Of a stretch of DNA of 64,000 nt, positions 28,419 through 39,479 are shown in pieces. The stretch is taken from NCBI GenBank assembly GCA_037481835.1, contig JBBFKW010000016.1, positions 1 through 64,000 of the forward strand, written 5' to 3'. A program made the position numbers and the translations under genes. How positions within the stretch are numbered: the stretch's first letter is position 1; each line of letters begins with the position of its first letter. The notes beneath the pieces are model-generated. The model ran no database searches, was not told the origin of the DNA, and saw only the letters and a list, made by a program, of their open reading frames with translations. The DNA comes from Desulfosoma sp. (lineage in GTDB: Bacteria > Desulfobacterota > Syntrophobacteria > Syntrophobacterales > DSM-9756).

Positions 28419-28987
28419 GGGGCCTCCTTGAAGAGGGGCAAGGTGAAACCCATTTGCTTCAGGCGGCGCCGGCTCTGGCTCGGCTTCTGGGCATCGCCGT
28501 CGGCCAGCGCCAGGTGCAGGGCTCGGCGCCAGCCGCGCTGGTGGTCGCCGGGCAGGCCCGCCTCGGCCACGGTCACCATGAAGAGCCACCAGCGCTCCTC
28601 GGGGCGCAATGCGGCCCACTTGCTGCAGATCACGGGGATTTCCTTGTCGGTGGCCTTCTCGGCGGCCCAGGCGAGCACGCAGAGTTCGCGGCCCAGCAGT
28701 CGCTCGACGAGGTTGGTGCCCACGTGCCAGCGGCCGGTCTTGAGCTTCGCGGCCTTGAGGCGGGCGTTGAACTCGCGACGGGCGGCGTCTGCGATCTTCG
28801 ACCACACGCGCCGCTCCAGCACGACGCGCTCCTCCTCTTTTGGAATGCCGCTTTCGCTGCCGTGGTAGCCGTAGTCCTCGACGATCACCACCTCGCCGGT
28901 TCGGCTGGCCGGAATCTCGACGCGGAAGACGTGCGCGCCGAAATCCGCAGGAGCGCCGAAATCCACCGTGTTCGGCTTCTCGCTCAT
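28415..28987 (-). CDS. DUF3780 family protein
   Basis: EFNARLK, LLGRELCVLAWAAE, LRPEERWWLF and GWRRAL motifs. Lies between DUF499 and DUF1156. Confidence 0.82.
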   Translation of the reverse strand: MSEKPNTVDFGAPADFGAHVFRVEIPASRTGEVVIVEDYGYHGSESGIPKEEERVVLERRVWSKIADAARREFNARLKAAKLKTGRWHVGTNLVERLLGRELCVLAWAAEKATDKEIPVICSKWAALRPEERWWLFMVTVAEAGLPGDHQRGWRRALHLALADGDAQKPSQSRRRLKQMGFTLPLFKEAP

Positions 28988-31900
28988 TGCTCTACGTGCT
29001 CCTGCTTGATTTCGATCCCGATCTGTTTGCAGAATTGCTCGAGATCGTGGCCCGAAGCGAAATGGGCTTTGCGAAAGCTCATGGTGACAGGTGTATCGGA
29101 CGGGAACTGCGCGAGCACCTTCTCCAGGAGTTCCGTGAGGAAGGCTGCGTCAACCGCGAGCTCGCCGACCATGATCGTAGCCACCTGTGCTCCCTGGCCT
29201 ACGGTGAGGTTCACTATCTCGAATCGGACGCCCTTATCACGAGCGTGCTTCAGCCCCTCGAAAGTCGATGCGCGCGAGTCGAGCTTGTGGCCGGTGCGAG
29301 AGACGAGTCGGGCTGGCTTCGCCAGATCCACGTGAACGCCGTGCTTTCCCTTGGCCGGGAAGCGAAAGTCCTCCTTTGCCTCGAGACCTTCAGAGGTTGC
29401 GAAGGCTCGTAGCAGCACCTCGCCGTCGCCGATCTCGATGGGCCCATGGTACGGCGTGCCTTCGCGCGGCTCGCTGCCGTCGAGCGTGTAGCGGATCTCG
29501 CCGCAGGGCGCGACGAGGAGCTCGACCAGGCGCTTGCCGCCATGTTCTATCAGGCGGTTGCGCAGCACGAGCCGGTTCTTCCACTCGACCGGATCGCCGG
29601 TCTCGTATTTCCCCGAGGGCTCGCACACGAGAAAGCTCACGCGCAAGGCCTTCGTGGTGAAGGGGTTCTCCTTGAGCACCGGGCTCGATTCGGAAACCGT
29701 CCCATCCTCCGCATAATGGATCCGGGGTGCCGGGCCGGCATTGACCGGATTCACCTTGAGGCGCACCTGGCCCTCGTCGTCGGGGCCATACTCGACCACC
29801 ACCTGCGCCGACGTGCGCTTCTTGGCGGGGCGCTTTGTGACGTAGCCGTTGCCGAGATCCTCCCAGAGGCCGCGGTTGCAGGCGATCTGCTTGAGCTGGT
29901 CGAGCCCGCGCGGGGGCAGCCACGGCATCCCGGGCTGCTCGGCGTAGCGGTCCGCCGCATCCGACCATCGGGTCTCCGCCTGGTTCTCGGGCCAGAGCAG
30001 ATCCTCGGCCTTGTCCCGGATCGCGTCGAAGTCCTTCTCGACGTCGAGGTAGAGCTTGAGCGGGTGTGAGGTGAGGGTCTTTTCGATCTGGGCCTCGCCG
30101 TCGAAAGGCTTGGTGGCATCGCGGGTCATGTCGAGCGGCTTGGGGGCAAGCTGAGCTTCTTTCCCCGCGCGCTGAATCGGAAAGAGCACCTTGTCGAAAA
30201 GCCCCAGGACTGTGGCGTTGAAGTCCTGCTCGTAGGCCGCCTGTTTGGCTTCGAGATCCTCACGCTGCGGGTGCCCCTTGGGGATGCGGGTGTCGGCCTT
30301 CTGAGCGGCGTAGAGCTGACGCGCGGCCTTCTCCACGCTACCCATCGCCGTCTTGTCGCCGGTCAGGACCAGGAGGTTGTTCTTCTGGCTCAGTCCTTCG
30401 AAGAAGCGCTGCACCTGGGCGGGCGGGATCTTTGAATCGGGGCTCACGATCACGAGCACCCGGCCGCGGCGCACGCGCTCTGCCACATCCTCGAGCCGAG
30501 GCAGAGGGAGCACTTCTTCGTAGACCGTCTTCCGCGTGGGCTTGAACATCTCGCGCAGTCGATGCCGAATGAGGTCATCGATCTGGTTTTCGGGCGCGTC
30601 ACTGGCGAGACTCTGCAGGAGCTTGGTGAGATTCTCCTGCCGGTCGAAGTAGTAGCGGCCCTCGGGCGTGTGGTGGAGGTACCAGGCGATCTTCTCAAGC
30701 TCGTCGAAGGCGGCAAGGAAGTCCGAGGGCTGGCGCAGGGGCGTGACGAGGCACTCGACCATCTCCTCGCGCGTGAGACCCTTCACCGCATTGACCGCCG
30801 TCGAGAGGCTCGCGGTCAGCAGTAAGGCGCTGACCTGGGCCGCCGCGTCGCTCCCCCGCTCGAGATCGATCACTTGGGCGTGCGCCGATTGTTGGGCGTC
30901 CCAGATATCCTTGGCGATCACGTCCCGCATGCCGGAGATCTCGGTGAGCTTGTCGCGCACCTCCGGTATCGAGAGATCGAAGTGCTGCGGGCCAATCAGA
31001 AAGACGTCGTTGTCCGGGCGCTGCCAGACGGACTTGAGGAGGCGCGAAACCAGCTCGAGCAGGCCGCGGGTCTGCTTGAACTGCTCGTTCTCCTTGAAAA
31101 GGGCGACCAGGTTCTTGAGCCGGGGGTGAAAAGGATAGGTGGCGGCGATCTCGTCCGCGATGGCCTCGGCGCCGCGCTGCGCCGTCTTTGCCTTGGCAGC
31201 CTCGGCGAGCTTGCGCCCGTAGACGGCCGCGATCTCGTCGATCTCGCTTTTATTGGGAAGCTTCGTGAAGAGGCGCTTGCGAAGAATATCGAAGACCTCG
31301 CTGGTGGCGAGGTCCACCGGCGTGATGCTGCGCTCCTGACGCCCCAGCTCGGCGCGCGCATCTTGAAGCGCGCGGTTGATGAGCTTGCCGCCCGTGTCGT
31401 AGGCAGCGGCCAGGTCGGAAACGACGACGCACACGTTCTTCTTCTTGCCCGCCGCCGTGAGCAGGTTTGCGAAGGCACGCGTAGCGATGTCAGCCACCGT
31501 GCCGTTGCCCACTTTCTGGGTGTCCAGGTAGTGGAAGTAAGGCGGCATCTCGTCGAGGAGGATGAGGGTCGGTCGATCGCCTTCGAAGAGCTTGAGCCAG
31601 TCCTTTTCGTCAGGCGCCTTGGGGCCGGACTCCCAGAAGCGGCGGAATTGATCGCCCTTGCCGAGCTGCTCAGCGATCTCTCCCCAGAAGAAATGATCCG
31701 GGCTGTTTCGGCCGTTGAATGCAGCGATCGCCGCACTTTCGAATCCGTCGGCGTGGGATACTCCGGCGGCGACCTTCCGGCGCAGGGATCGGTGCTTCGC
31801 CAAGAGCCCGAAGCCGACCAGCAGGTGCGTCTTGCCGCCGCCCATGGCCTGCTTCAGGTGGAAGACCGCTTGGGACGAAGCTCCCGCCAAGCGCGCAATG

Positions 31901-32067
31901 CCTTCACTGATCAGGTCCTGCATTCCGTGCGTGATGTGTGTGCGCTCGAAGAAGGCGGTGCCGTCCCCCTCCTCGTGGATCAGCTCGTCGAGCTGCTCGA
32001 TCTGGTCGCTGATCTTGATCGAGAGCGCATTGGGCTGGAGTTGGCAAGCGTCGCGAACCGTTTTCAT
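28984..32067 (-). CDS. DUF499 AAA+ ATPase with C-terminal Fn3-like domain
   Basis: QAMGGGKTH, LILLDEMPPY, YPFHP, FKQTRG, IRYTLDGSEP. Confidence 0.88.
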   Translation of the reverse strand: MKTVRDACQLQPNALSIKISDQIEQLDELIHEEGDGTAFFERTHITHGMQDLISEGIARLAGASSQAVFHLKQAMGGGKTHLLVGFGLLAKHRSLRRKVAAGVSHADGFESAAIAAFNGRNSPDHFFWGEIAEQLGKGDQFRRFWESGPKAPDEKDWLKLFEGDRPTLILLDEMPPYFHYLDTQKVGNGTVADIATRAFANLLTAAGKKKNVCVVVSDLAAAYDTGGKLINRALQDARAELGRQERSITPVDLATSEVFDILRKRLFTKLPNKSEIDEIAAVYGRKLAEAAKAKTAQRGAEAIADEIAATYPFHPRLKNLVALFKENEQFKQTRGLLELVSRLLKSVWQRPDNDVFLIGPQHFDLSIPEVRDKLTEISGMRDVIAKDIWDAQQSAHAQVIDLERGSDAAAQVSALLLTASLSTAVNAVKGLTREEMVECLVTPLRQPSDFLAAFDELEKIAWYLHHTPEGRYYFDRQENLTKLLQSLASDAPENQIDDLIRHRLREMFKPTRKTVYEEVLPLPRLEDVAERVRRGRVLVIVSPDSKIPPAQVQRFFEGLSQKNNLLVLTGDKTAMGSVEKAARQLYAAQKADTRIPKGHPQREDLEAKQAAYEQDFNATVLGLFDKVLFPIQRAGKEAQLAPKPLDMTRDATKPFDGEAQIEKTLTSHPLKLYLDVEKDFDAIRDKAEDLLWPENQAETRWSDAADRYAEQPGMPWLPPRGLDQLKQIACNRGLWEDLGNGYVTKRPAKKRTSAQVVVEYGPDDEGQVRLKVNPVNAGPAPRIHYAEDGTVSESSPVLKENPFTTKALRVSFLVCEPSGKYETGDPVEWKNRLVLRNRLIEHGGKRLVELLVAPCGEIRYTLDGSEPREGTPYHGPIEIGDGEVLLRAFATSEGLEAKEDFRFPAKGKHGVHVDLAKPARLVSRTGHKLDSRASTFEGLKHARDKGVRFEIVNLTVGQGAQVATIMVGELAVDAAFLTELLEKVLAQFPSDTPVTMSFRKAHFASGHDLEQFCKQIGIEIKQEHVEQ

Positions 32068-32237
32068 CAGTGGGCCCTCCTAATTCTGATCGCATCCTGG
32101 TCGTCGGGTAGTTGCTGATCCCTCCAGTCGGAGATGCTGAACGGCTGGTCATTCTTCGCGCGGTATCCGTCGCCGATGAGGAGCACGCCGGCGTCGATCA
32201 AGTTGCGGACCTCGTGTTCCCGCCACTCACCCCCCAT
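32067..32237 (-). pseudogene. hsdS: 5' fragment of type I RM specificity subunit HsdS fused to unrelated sequence
   Basis: MGGEWREHEVRNLIDAGVLLIGDGYRAKN. The ATG overlaps an hsdM-like end (KELGYGG*). Only 56 aa long. Confidence 0.55.
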
Positions 32238-32267
32238 ACCCCAGCTCCTTGGGTTTCCTTGCAGTTT

Positions 32268-33446
32268 TCATAGCACTTCCGTTCCTTCGCTGAGGATACT
32301 CAGGTAGCGGTCGTAGGCGAAGATGCGGTTGCGCTGTTTGCCGGTGATCTCCCGGACGATGCCCAGGCGTGCCAATGCATCCATGCTTTTGGCGACTGCC
32401 GGAAAGGTCAGCCCTGTTTGGCGGACGCCTTCATTCAGGGTGAGGAGCGGCCGCCGGCAGCAAACCTGGAAGACCCGCAATGCCGATCCGGCGACCCGAC
32501 CGGACGCCTGGATCTTGCTGGCGTCTTCCTGGAACAGAGCGACCAGTCGTTGGGCGGTCTCTACAGCATTGTGCGCAGTGCGATTCACGCCTTCGAGGAA
32601 GAAGTCGAGCCAGGTCTCCCAGTCGCCGTCCGTTCGCACCAGATCGAGCAGCCGGTAGTATTCGCTGCGATGCTGCTTGAAGAACAGGCTCAGGTAGAGC
32701 ATGGGTTTCTTCAGAATGCCTTCGTGATGGAGAATGAAGGCGATGAGCAGGCGCCCGATGCGGCCGTTGCCGTCGAGGAAGGGGTGGATGGTTTCGAACT
32801 GCACATGGGCCAGCGCCGCCCGCACCAGCGCCGGATAAGGAATCGTTTCGTCGTGAAGAAAACGTTCCAGCGCCGTCATACAGTCTTCCACGGCATCGGG
32901 TGGAGGTGGAACGAAGGCGGCGTTGCCGGGACGGGTGCCGCCGATCCAGTTCTGGGAGCGGCGAAACTCGCCCGGGGATTTCTCGCTCCCTCGTCCTCTC
33001 GAGAGCAGGACGCCGTGCATCTCGCGGATGAGCCGATTGGAGAGGGGGAAACCTTCCTGCAAGCGCTTCAACCCGTGTTCAAGCGCCGCCACGTAGTTAG
33101 AAACCTCGACCACATCATCAATTGGCACTCCCGTCGCCTCAGCCAGTTCGAACAGCAAAAGGTCAGAAAGAGAGGATTGGGTCCCTTCAATCTGCGAGGA
33201 GAGAAGTGCCTCCCGCCGCACATAGGCATACAGAAAAACGTCGGTATCAGGCAAAAGGAGTGTAATACTGTCGAGTCGGCCAAGTGCCAGCGTGGCCTGT
33301 TCCAATAGCCGGGTCCGGCTGCCTGTCAGGTCCAAGGGCGGTTTTGGCGGCAAAGGATGAGGCAAAAAGGCGCGGATCGTCTCACCTCCGACCACAGTGA
33401 CCCGATGTTCTCCCGTGGGGCCGCGTTTCACAGCCGGTCTCCTCAT
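32268..33446 (-). CDS. Fic-family protein
   Basis: Catalytic HPFLDGNGRIGR, auto-inhibitory SSQIEG, C-terminal HTH-like region. Confidence 0.92.
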   Translation of the reverse strand: MRRPAVKRGPTGEHRVTVVGGETIRAFLPHPLPPKPPLDLTGSRTRLLEQATLALGRLDSITLLLPDTDVFLYAYVRREALLSSQIEGTQSSLSDLLLFELAEATGVPIDDVVEVSNYVAALEHGLKRLQEGFPLSNRLIREMHGVLLSRGRGSEKSPGEFRRSQNWIGGTRPGNAAFVPPPPDAVEDCMTALERFLHDETIPYPALVRAALAHVQFETIHPFLDGNGRIGRLLIAFILHHEGILKKPMLYLSLFFKQHRSEYYRLLDLVRTDGDWETWLDFFLEGVNRTAHNAVETAQRLVALFQEDASKIQASGRVAGSALRVFQVCCRRPLLTLNEGVRQTGLTFPAVAKSMDALARLGIVREITGKQRNRIFAYDRYLSILSEGTEVL

Positions 33447-33511
33447 TCAACGAACGTTAAATAGTCTACATCGTTATTAAACGAAAACAGGCTTTCGTTT
33501 GATAAAAAACC

Positions 33512-34689
<1,178 letters not shown>

Positions 34690-36134
34690 GGTCTACCTCC
34701 TTCGATCGTTTCGCTTGGCGTTGGCTTGGGGCGCCTAACGCTCAGGATCAGCACCCGCCAAGGGGCACCCCGATTTACTCAATAAGGCGACGTCTATTCT
34801 TGTACACTTCGCCCCTCGCCAATGATGGGGCATTCAACTCGTGGCTCTCCCATTTCTCCGTTCTTCGCGACATCCAGGTTCACGCGGATCAAGCGCCGTG
34901 ATGATTGTTTCATTTCATGCCAGGTCTTTGACTTCTGTGGGGTCATGTTAAATCTGCCCGAAGGTTGGCTTAACGACAGCCATGTATTTTGCTCGGGAAT
35001 CCTCGCGGAGGATAGGGCAACGCTGGGGAGCGAGCCGAACAGAACCAAACCCGATTGGTTGTTGGGCGTGGCCTGGAGGCTTGTTCAACCTCGATCTTTT
35101 CCATGGTTGGACCTGCCGAGCGAATTGGCGACATGAGCTTTTCTGCCAGAACAAGCTTGCGAAGTCAATGTGTTACATAACATACGACAGGTTTATGGAT
35201 AGATCTTCGAACAATTTATTTTCCCCAATTCCACGTTTATGTTCAGACAGTCACCTGAATTTATCACGGCTGCGGGGGTGAACCTCTCCGGAGCGTTTAG
35301 GGCCCCCTTTTTCGGCTTCCATGCAAAACAGCGGAGGGTCTCAAAGTGCAGCCGGGGTTGGCACTCGCGCGCGCAATGCAAGCGGGAAAACAGGGAGGGC
35401 TCCCCCTCTGCTGCCATATCCCTTTTTCAGGTGCGAACCTGTACCCAAAACTGGTCTCCCATGCCCATTGCGATACCCCCATAACACAACTCGCAGGTGC
35501 AAAATTGGGGTGCTATGCGCCACTAGAGCCGATGAGGGCCGTTGCACTACAGGAAGGACCCTGAAAGGTCGCTGGAGCCGCGAAAACGGTCCCAGGAATG
35601 CAGATCGCCCACAACCCCCGCCCTAGTAGGATCCGAGGAAATCGTGCGTTTTTCCGCTGGAAAGGCCCCTTGAGCGCACAAAGAACGGCCATCGAGATTT
35701 CCTTCTAGTTGCCGTTCTGCATCTGGTCCATCTCCAAAAACTAGGCGTTGGCGCAAGATCGTGCGTTACAAGCCAACCTCGAAGGCCCTTTTTCGGCCGA
35801 AACCCATGAGATTCCCGCCTGGGGTTTCGCCTGCTAAGCGGCCTGTACCTTCATTTCTAATCCCCAGACTGCGAACCGGGCCTCGCCGGCCTGATGCGAC
35901 TTGCCGGGTGCTCCCGCGAGCGCGTGAAGTCCACCACGGCCCGGCTTCCTGGAAGGACGGAGGACACATCATGGACCCGGCCCGCATCTTCCTGACCATT
36001 GGCGGGGCCTACGGCTTCGCCCTGCTCGAAAAGCGTGCGGCAGACGCGGCCCTGGTGGTCCTGAGGCCCAGAGGGTGAGGGTCCCGCCCAGCTACGATGG
36101 TTTTTCCTTCCTGGCTGAGACACAGGCGAGACAC

Positions 36135-36170
36135 GAAAAACGAAGGGGTTAGGCCGGTTGACCTAACCCC
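36135..36170 (-). terminator. Hairpin downstream of tRNA-Thr
   Basis: Stem GGGGTTAGG (36145-36153)/CCTAACCCC (36162-36170), followed on the - strand by TTCGTTTTT. Confidence 0.65.
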
Positions 36171-36181
36171 CTTGGTTTTTC

Positions 36182-36256
36182 TGGAGCCGGCGATGGGATT
36201 CGAACCCGCGACCTGCTGATTACGAATCAGCTGCTCTACCCCTGAGCTACGCCGGC
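36182..36256 (-). tRNA. tRNA-Thr(CGT)
   Basis: GCCGGCG acceptor stem, anticodon arm GCTGA-TT CGT AA-TCAGC, GGTTCGAATCC T-arm, encoded CCA. Confidence 0.96.
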
Positions 36257-36368
36257 CCATGGAGCGGAAGGCCTTATAGCACGCGGGTTTGGAGGCGGTC
36301 AAGGCGAAAACCGCACCGCAGGACGGCCCGGTTCTTGGGCGTCTTTGCAGGACGTGCCGGGGGAGGCC

Positions 36369-36752
36369 TCACGCCTTTACGGCGATGCACTTGATTTCGA
36401 TCTGGGCGCCTCGAGGCAGGGCGCTCACCTGCACGACGGCTCTGGCGGGTTTGTGGGCCCCGAAAGCTTTTTCGTAAAGGGCGTTGAAGGTCTGGAACAT
36501 GCCGAGATCGGTCAGGAAGACATCCACGGAGACCACATCGCCCAAGCCGTAGCCCGCCGCGCTCAAAACGGCTTGGATATTTTGAAGCACCTGGCGCGCC
36601 TGGGCTTCGAAGTCCTCGCCCACCATGTGTCCCGTTTCGGGCACCAGGGGGATCTGGCCGCTGACGAAAAGCCACGGGCCCGCCTGCACGGCTTGGCTGT
36701 AAGGGCCGATGGCCGCCGGAGCTTTCTCGGTTTGAACGTACTGGAAAGGCAT
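36369..36752 (-). CDS. ridA: RidA/YjgF family enamine deaminase
   Basis: APAAIGPYSQAV, SGQIP, PARAVVQVSALP motifs. Confidence 0.92.
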   Translation of the reverse strand: MPFQYVQTEKAPAAIGPYSQAVQAGPWLFVSGQIPLVPETGHMVGEDFEAQARQVLQNIQAVLSAAGYGLGDVVSVDVFLTDLGMFQTFNALYEKAFGAHKPARAVVQVSALPRGAQIEIKCIAVKA

Positions 36753-36915
36753 GGGTGCACTCCTTGTCGATAGGGTGTTTTCCAAGGGCGCCGGCGCGGC
36801 GCACTGCCGCCCTTCTAGCACCGGAAAAGACGGTTGCCAAGGTGCGTCCGTCCCTTTAAGATGCCGCTTCAGAGATTCTACGGAATCTCGGACCCTTGGG
36901 TTTCGAAAGGACCGG

Positions 36916-38145
36916 ATGACGGCGGGGGGACGTGTGGCTTCTTTGGCCGTAAAAAAAATCCTCATGTACAGCCACGATACCTTCGGCCTCGGCCATATCC
37001 GCCGCACCCTTGCCATCGCTCGAGCCCTGCGCAAAGTCCCCGCCACCGTGCTGATCCTCACGGGCTCGCCCCTCGTCGGCCGGTTCAAGATCCCCCGCAG
37101 GGTGGATTTCGTCCGCATTCCCGGCATGATCAAGGTGACCAACGAGGAATACCTGCCTCTTTCCATGAAGCTTGAGGCCACCGAAGTGCTGGAGATTCGC
37201 AAAGGCATCATCCTGAGCACGGCCAAGACCTTCAGCCCCGATTTCTTCATCGTCGACAAGGCCCCTCTGGGGCTGAAGCGAGAGGTCGTGGACACGCTCC
37301 ATTGGCTGCGCGAAGGCCTTCCCCGATGCACCACCATCTTGGGACTTCGAGACATCATGGACGGGGCCCAGGCGACCATCGAGGAGTGGGAAACCAAGGG
37401 CATCTACGGGGCCATGGAAGCCCTTTACGACGAAATCTGGGTCTACGGCGTGCAGTCTTTCTACGACCCGGTGAAGGAATACCGAATCCCGGAAACCCTC
37501 GCCCCGAAAATCACTTTCACAGGCTACATTCCCCGGCATGTGCCGTCGGCGTCCGACGTGAAATCCGTGCGCCGCGAGCTGGGCTTGGGCGCGCAGGACA
37601 AGATGGTGCTCATGACCGCCGGGGGCGGCGGGGACGGCTACCCGGTGGTCAACACGTTCCTCAGGGCCTTTGAAGAAAACGCCCCGCCCCCCTCCGTGCG
37701 CGTCGTCATCGTCACCGGGCCGTTCCTTTCGCCGACGCATTACAAGGAAGTGGAAAGGCGCTGCGAGCCCTTGGGCTTTCATCTTTTTCGGTTTCATCGT
37801 TTCATGGAGCGGCTCATCGGGGCGGCGGACGTGGTCGTGAGCATGGGCGGCTACAACACGGTGTGCGAAATCATCAGCCAGCGAAAGCCCTTTCTCATCA
37901 TCCCCCGGTGCGTTCCCAGGGAGGAGCAGCTCATTCGCGCCGAGGTCCTGTGCCGCCGCGGTTATTGCGAGTACCTGCCTCCGGAGCGCTTGAGCGCGGA
38001 GGCCGTCTACCGGAAGGTGCGGCAACTCCTGGAAAACGGGACGGAGGTGTCGTCCAAGGCTGCGGATTTTCCCTTTACCGCCTTGGATGTCATTCGATCG
38101 CGGATCCTTGAAAGCACCAAAGGAGCGCGGGTCCAATGGGCCTGA
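36916..38145 (+). CDS. Glycosyltransferase (GT-B, GT28 C-terminal-like)
   Basis: MYSHDTFGLGHIRR, GGGGDG, VSMGGYNTVCE, EQLIRA. Start codon uncertain. Confidence 0.8.
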   Translation: MTAGGRVASLAVKKILMYSHDTFGLGHIRRTLAIARALRKVPATVLILTGSPLVGRFKIPRRVDFVRIPGMIKVTNEEYLPLSMKLEATEVLEIRKGIILSTAKTFSPDFFIVDKAPLGLKREVVDTLHWLREGLPRCTTILGLRDIMDGAQATIEEWETKGIYGAMEALYDEIWVYGVQSFYDPVKEYRIPETLAPKITFTGYIPRHVPSASDVKSVRRELGLGAQDKMVLMTAGGGGDGYPVVNTFLRAFEENAPPPSVRVVIVTGPFLSPTHYKEVERRCEPLGFHLFRFHRFMERLIGAADVVVSMGGYNTVCEIISQRKPFLIIPRCVPREEQLIRAEVLCRRGYCEYLPPERLSAEAVYRKVRQLLENGTEVSSKAADFPFTALDVIRSRILESTKGARVQWA

Positions 38146-39479
38146 CGGATCGGCGCACCGCGGCGGAGGGGGAGGCCTTCGGGCAGGGGAGTGCAGACAG
38201 GGGCTTTCCCGCAGGCGGGCCGTCTTCGGAGTTCTTTTCGGCCGGACTTCTCGGCATGATCCTCAAAGGGTATCCTCGCATTTCCGAGAGCTTCATCAGC
38301 CAGGAGATCGCTCTTCTGGAATCCCTGGGCGTTTCCATGGAGATTTATTCCCTGCGCCGCCCCAGGGAGTCGTTCACCCACGGAAGCGTCCGCACCATTC
38401 GGGCGCCGGTGAGCTATCTTCCCGAATACGTCCTGCCCAATCTCCGTGCGCTCCTCGGCGCCAACGGGCGGTTGGGAGCCCGGCTGGGGCGTCGATACGC
38501 CCACAGCTTTCGCAAAGCCCTTCGGCGCGCCGTGGATCGGCGCACTTCGGCCACCGTGCGGCATTTCTTGCAAGCCGGTTTCCTGGCATGGCATCGGTTG
38601 CTCGGCCGTCCCGTCCGGCACCTGCACGCCCATTTTTGCCACACACCCGCCTCGGTGGCTTTTTTCGCCTCCGAACTCACGGGGCTTCCGTACAGTTTTA
38701 CCGCCCACGCCAAGGACATTTACACGTCCGACCCGGAGCAACTGCGCCGCAAGATGGCCCGCGCCCGATTCGTCGTCACCTGCACTGCCTATAACGCGCG
38801 CTATCTCCGGTCGCTCCTGGGAGAAGCTGCGCCCCCCGTGCCGATCCACACCATCTATCACGGGATCGATGTGAACTTTTTTCGATACGGCACAGACCCG
38901 CCGCCGGCGCCGCCCTTTCGGATTCTTTCGGTGGGTCGGCTCGTCCCCAAGAAGGGCTACGACGACGTCTTGGCCGCCTTGAAAATCCTGGAAAAAATGG
39001 GTCTCGATTTCCGCTTCGATCACATCGGCTCCGGCGAAGACAAAGAAAAGATCAGGTCCATGGCCCACGCTCTAGGACTGGATCGGCGTGTGACCTTTCA
39101 CGGCACGCTTCCCCACGAACAGGTCATCGCCTTTTATCGCCGGTCCCACGCCTTTGTCCTGGCCTGCAAGACGGCGCCCGACGGGGATCGGGACGGTATC
39201 CCCAACGTTTTGGCGGAAGCCATGGCGGTGGGCGTGCCGGTGGTCAGCACACGCCATTCGGCCATCCCGGAACTGGTGGAAGACGGCGTGACCGGGACCT
39301 TGGTGCCGCCTGGATCTCCCCAGGCATTGGCCGGAGCCCTGAAAAAGGTCTTGGAGGCCGGGGCGTCCCTGGAAGGGCAGCGGCGGGCCGCCCGCATGAA
39401 GGTGGAGATGGTCTTCGACAATCGCCGCTGCATTGAAAAGCTTTTTGCCCTCTTCCGCGAGGCCGTCAAGGCGCCTTGA
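38136..39479 (+). CDS. Glycosyltransferase family 4 (WcaL-like)
   Basis: GYPRISESFI, HLHAHF, VGRLVPKKG, DGIPNVLAEAMA. The true start may be downstream. Confidence 0.85.
   Translation: MGLTDRRTAAEGEAFGQGSADRGFPAGGPSSEFFSAGLLGMILKGYPRISESFISQEIALLESLGVSMEIYSLRRPRESFTHGSVRTIRAPVSYLPEYVLPNLRALLGANGRLGARLGRRYAHSFRKALRRAVDRRTSATVRHFLQAGFLAWHRLLGRPVRHLHAHFCHTPASVAFFASELTGLPYSFTAHAKDIYTSDPEQLRRKMARARFVVTCTAYNARYLRSLLGEAAPPVPIHTIYHGIDVNFFRYGTDPPPAPPFRILSVGRLVPKKGYDDVLAALKILEKMGLDFRFDHIGSGEDKEKIRSMAHALGLDRRVTFHGTLPHEQVIAFYRRSHAFVLACKTAPDGDRDGIPNVLAEAMAVGVPVVSTRHSAIPELVEDGVTGTLVPPGSPQALAGALKKVLEAGASLEGQRRAARMKVEMVFDNRRCIEKLFALFREAVKAP

Noticed and set aside
28419..28805. N-terminal extensions of DUF1156 (likewise helicase to 25501, RecQ to 21090, livF to 62916)
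   Set aside because: They overlap upstream genes or precede the conserved domain. Downstream ATGs with an RBS or stop-start coupling fit better.
35572..35580. CTGGAGCCG match to the tRNA-Thr 3' end as a possible att site
   Set aside because: Only 9 bp, plausible by chance in GC-rich DNA, and it does not delimit the island.
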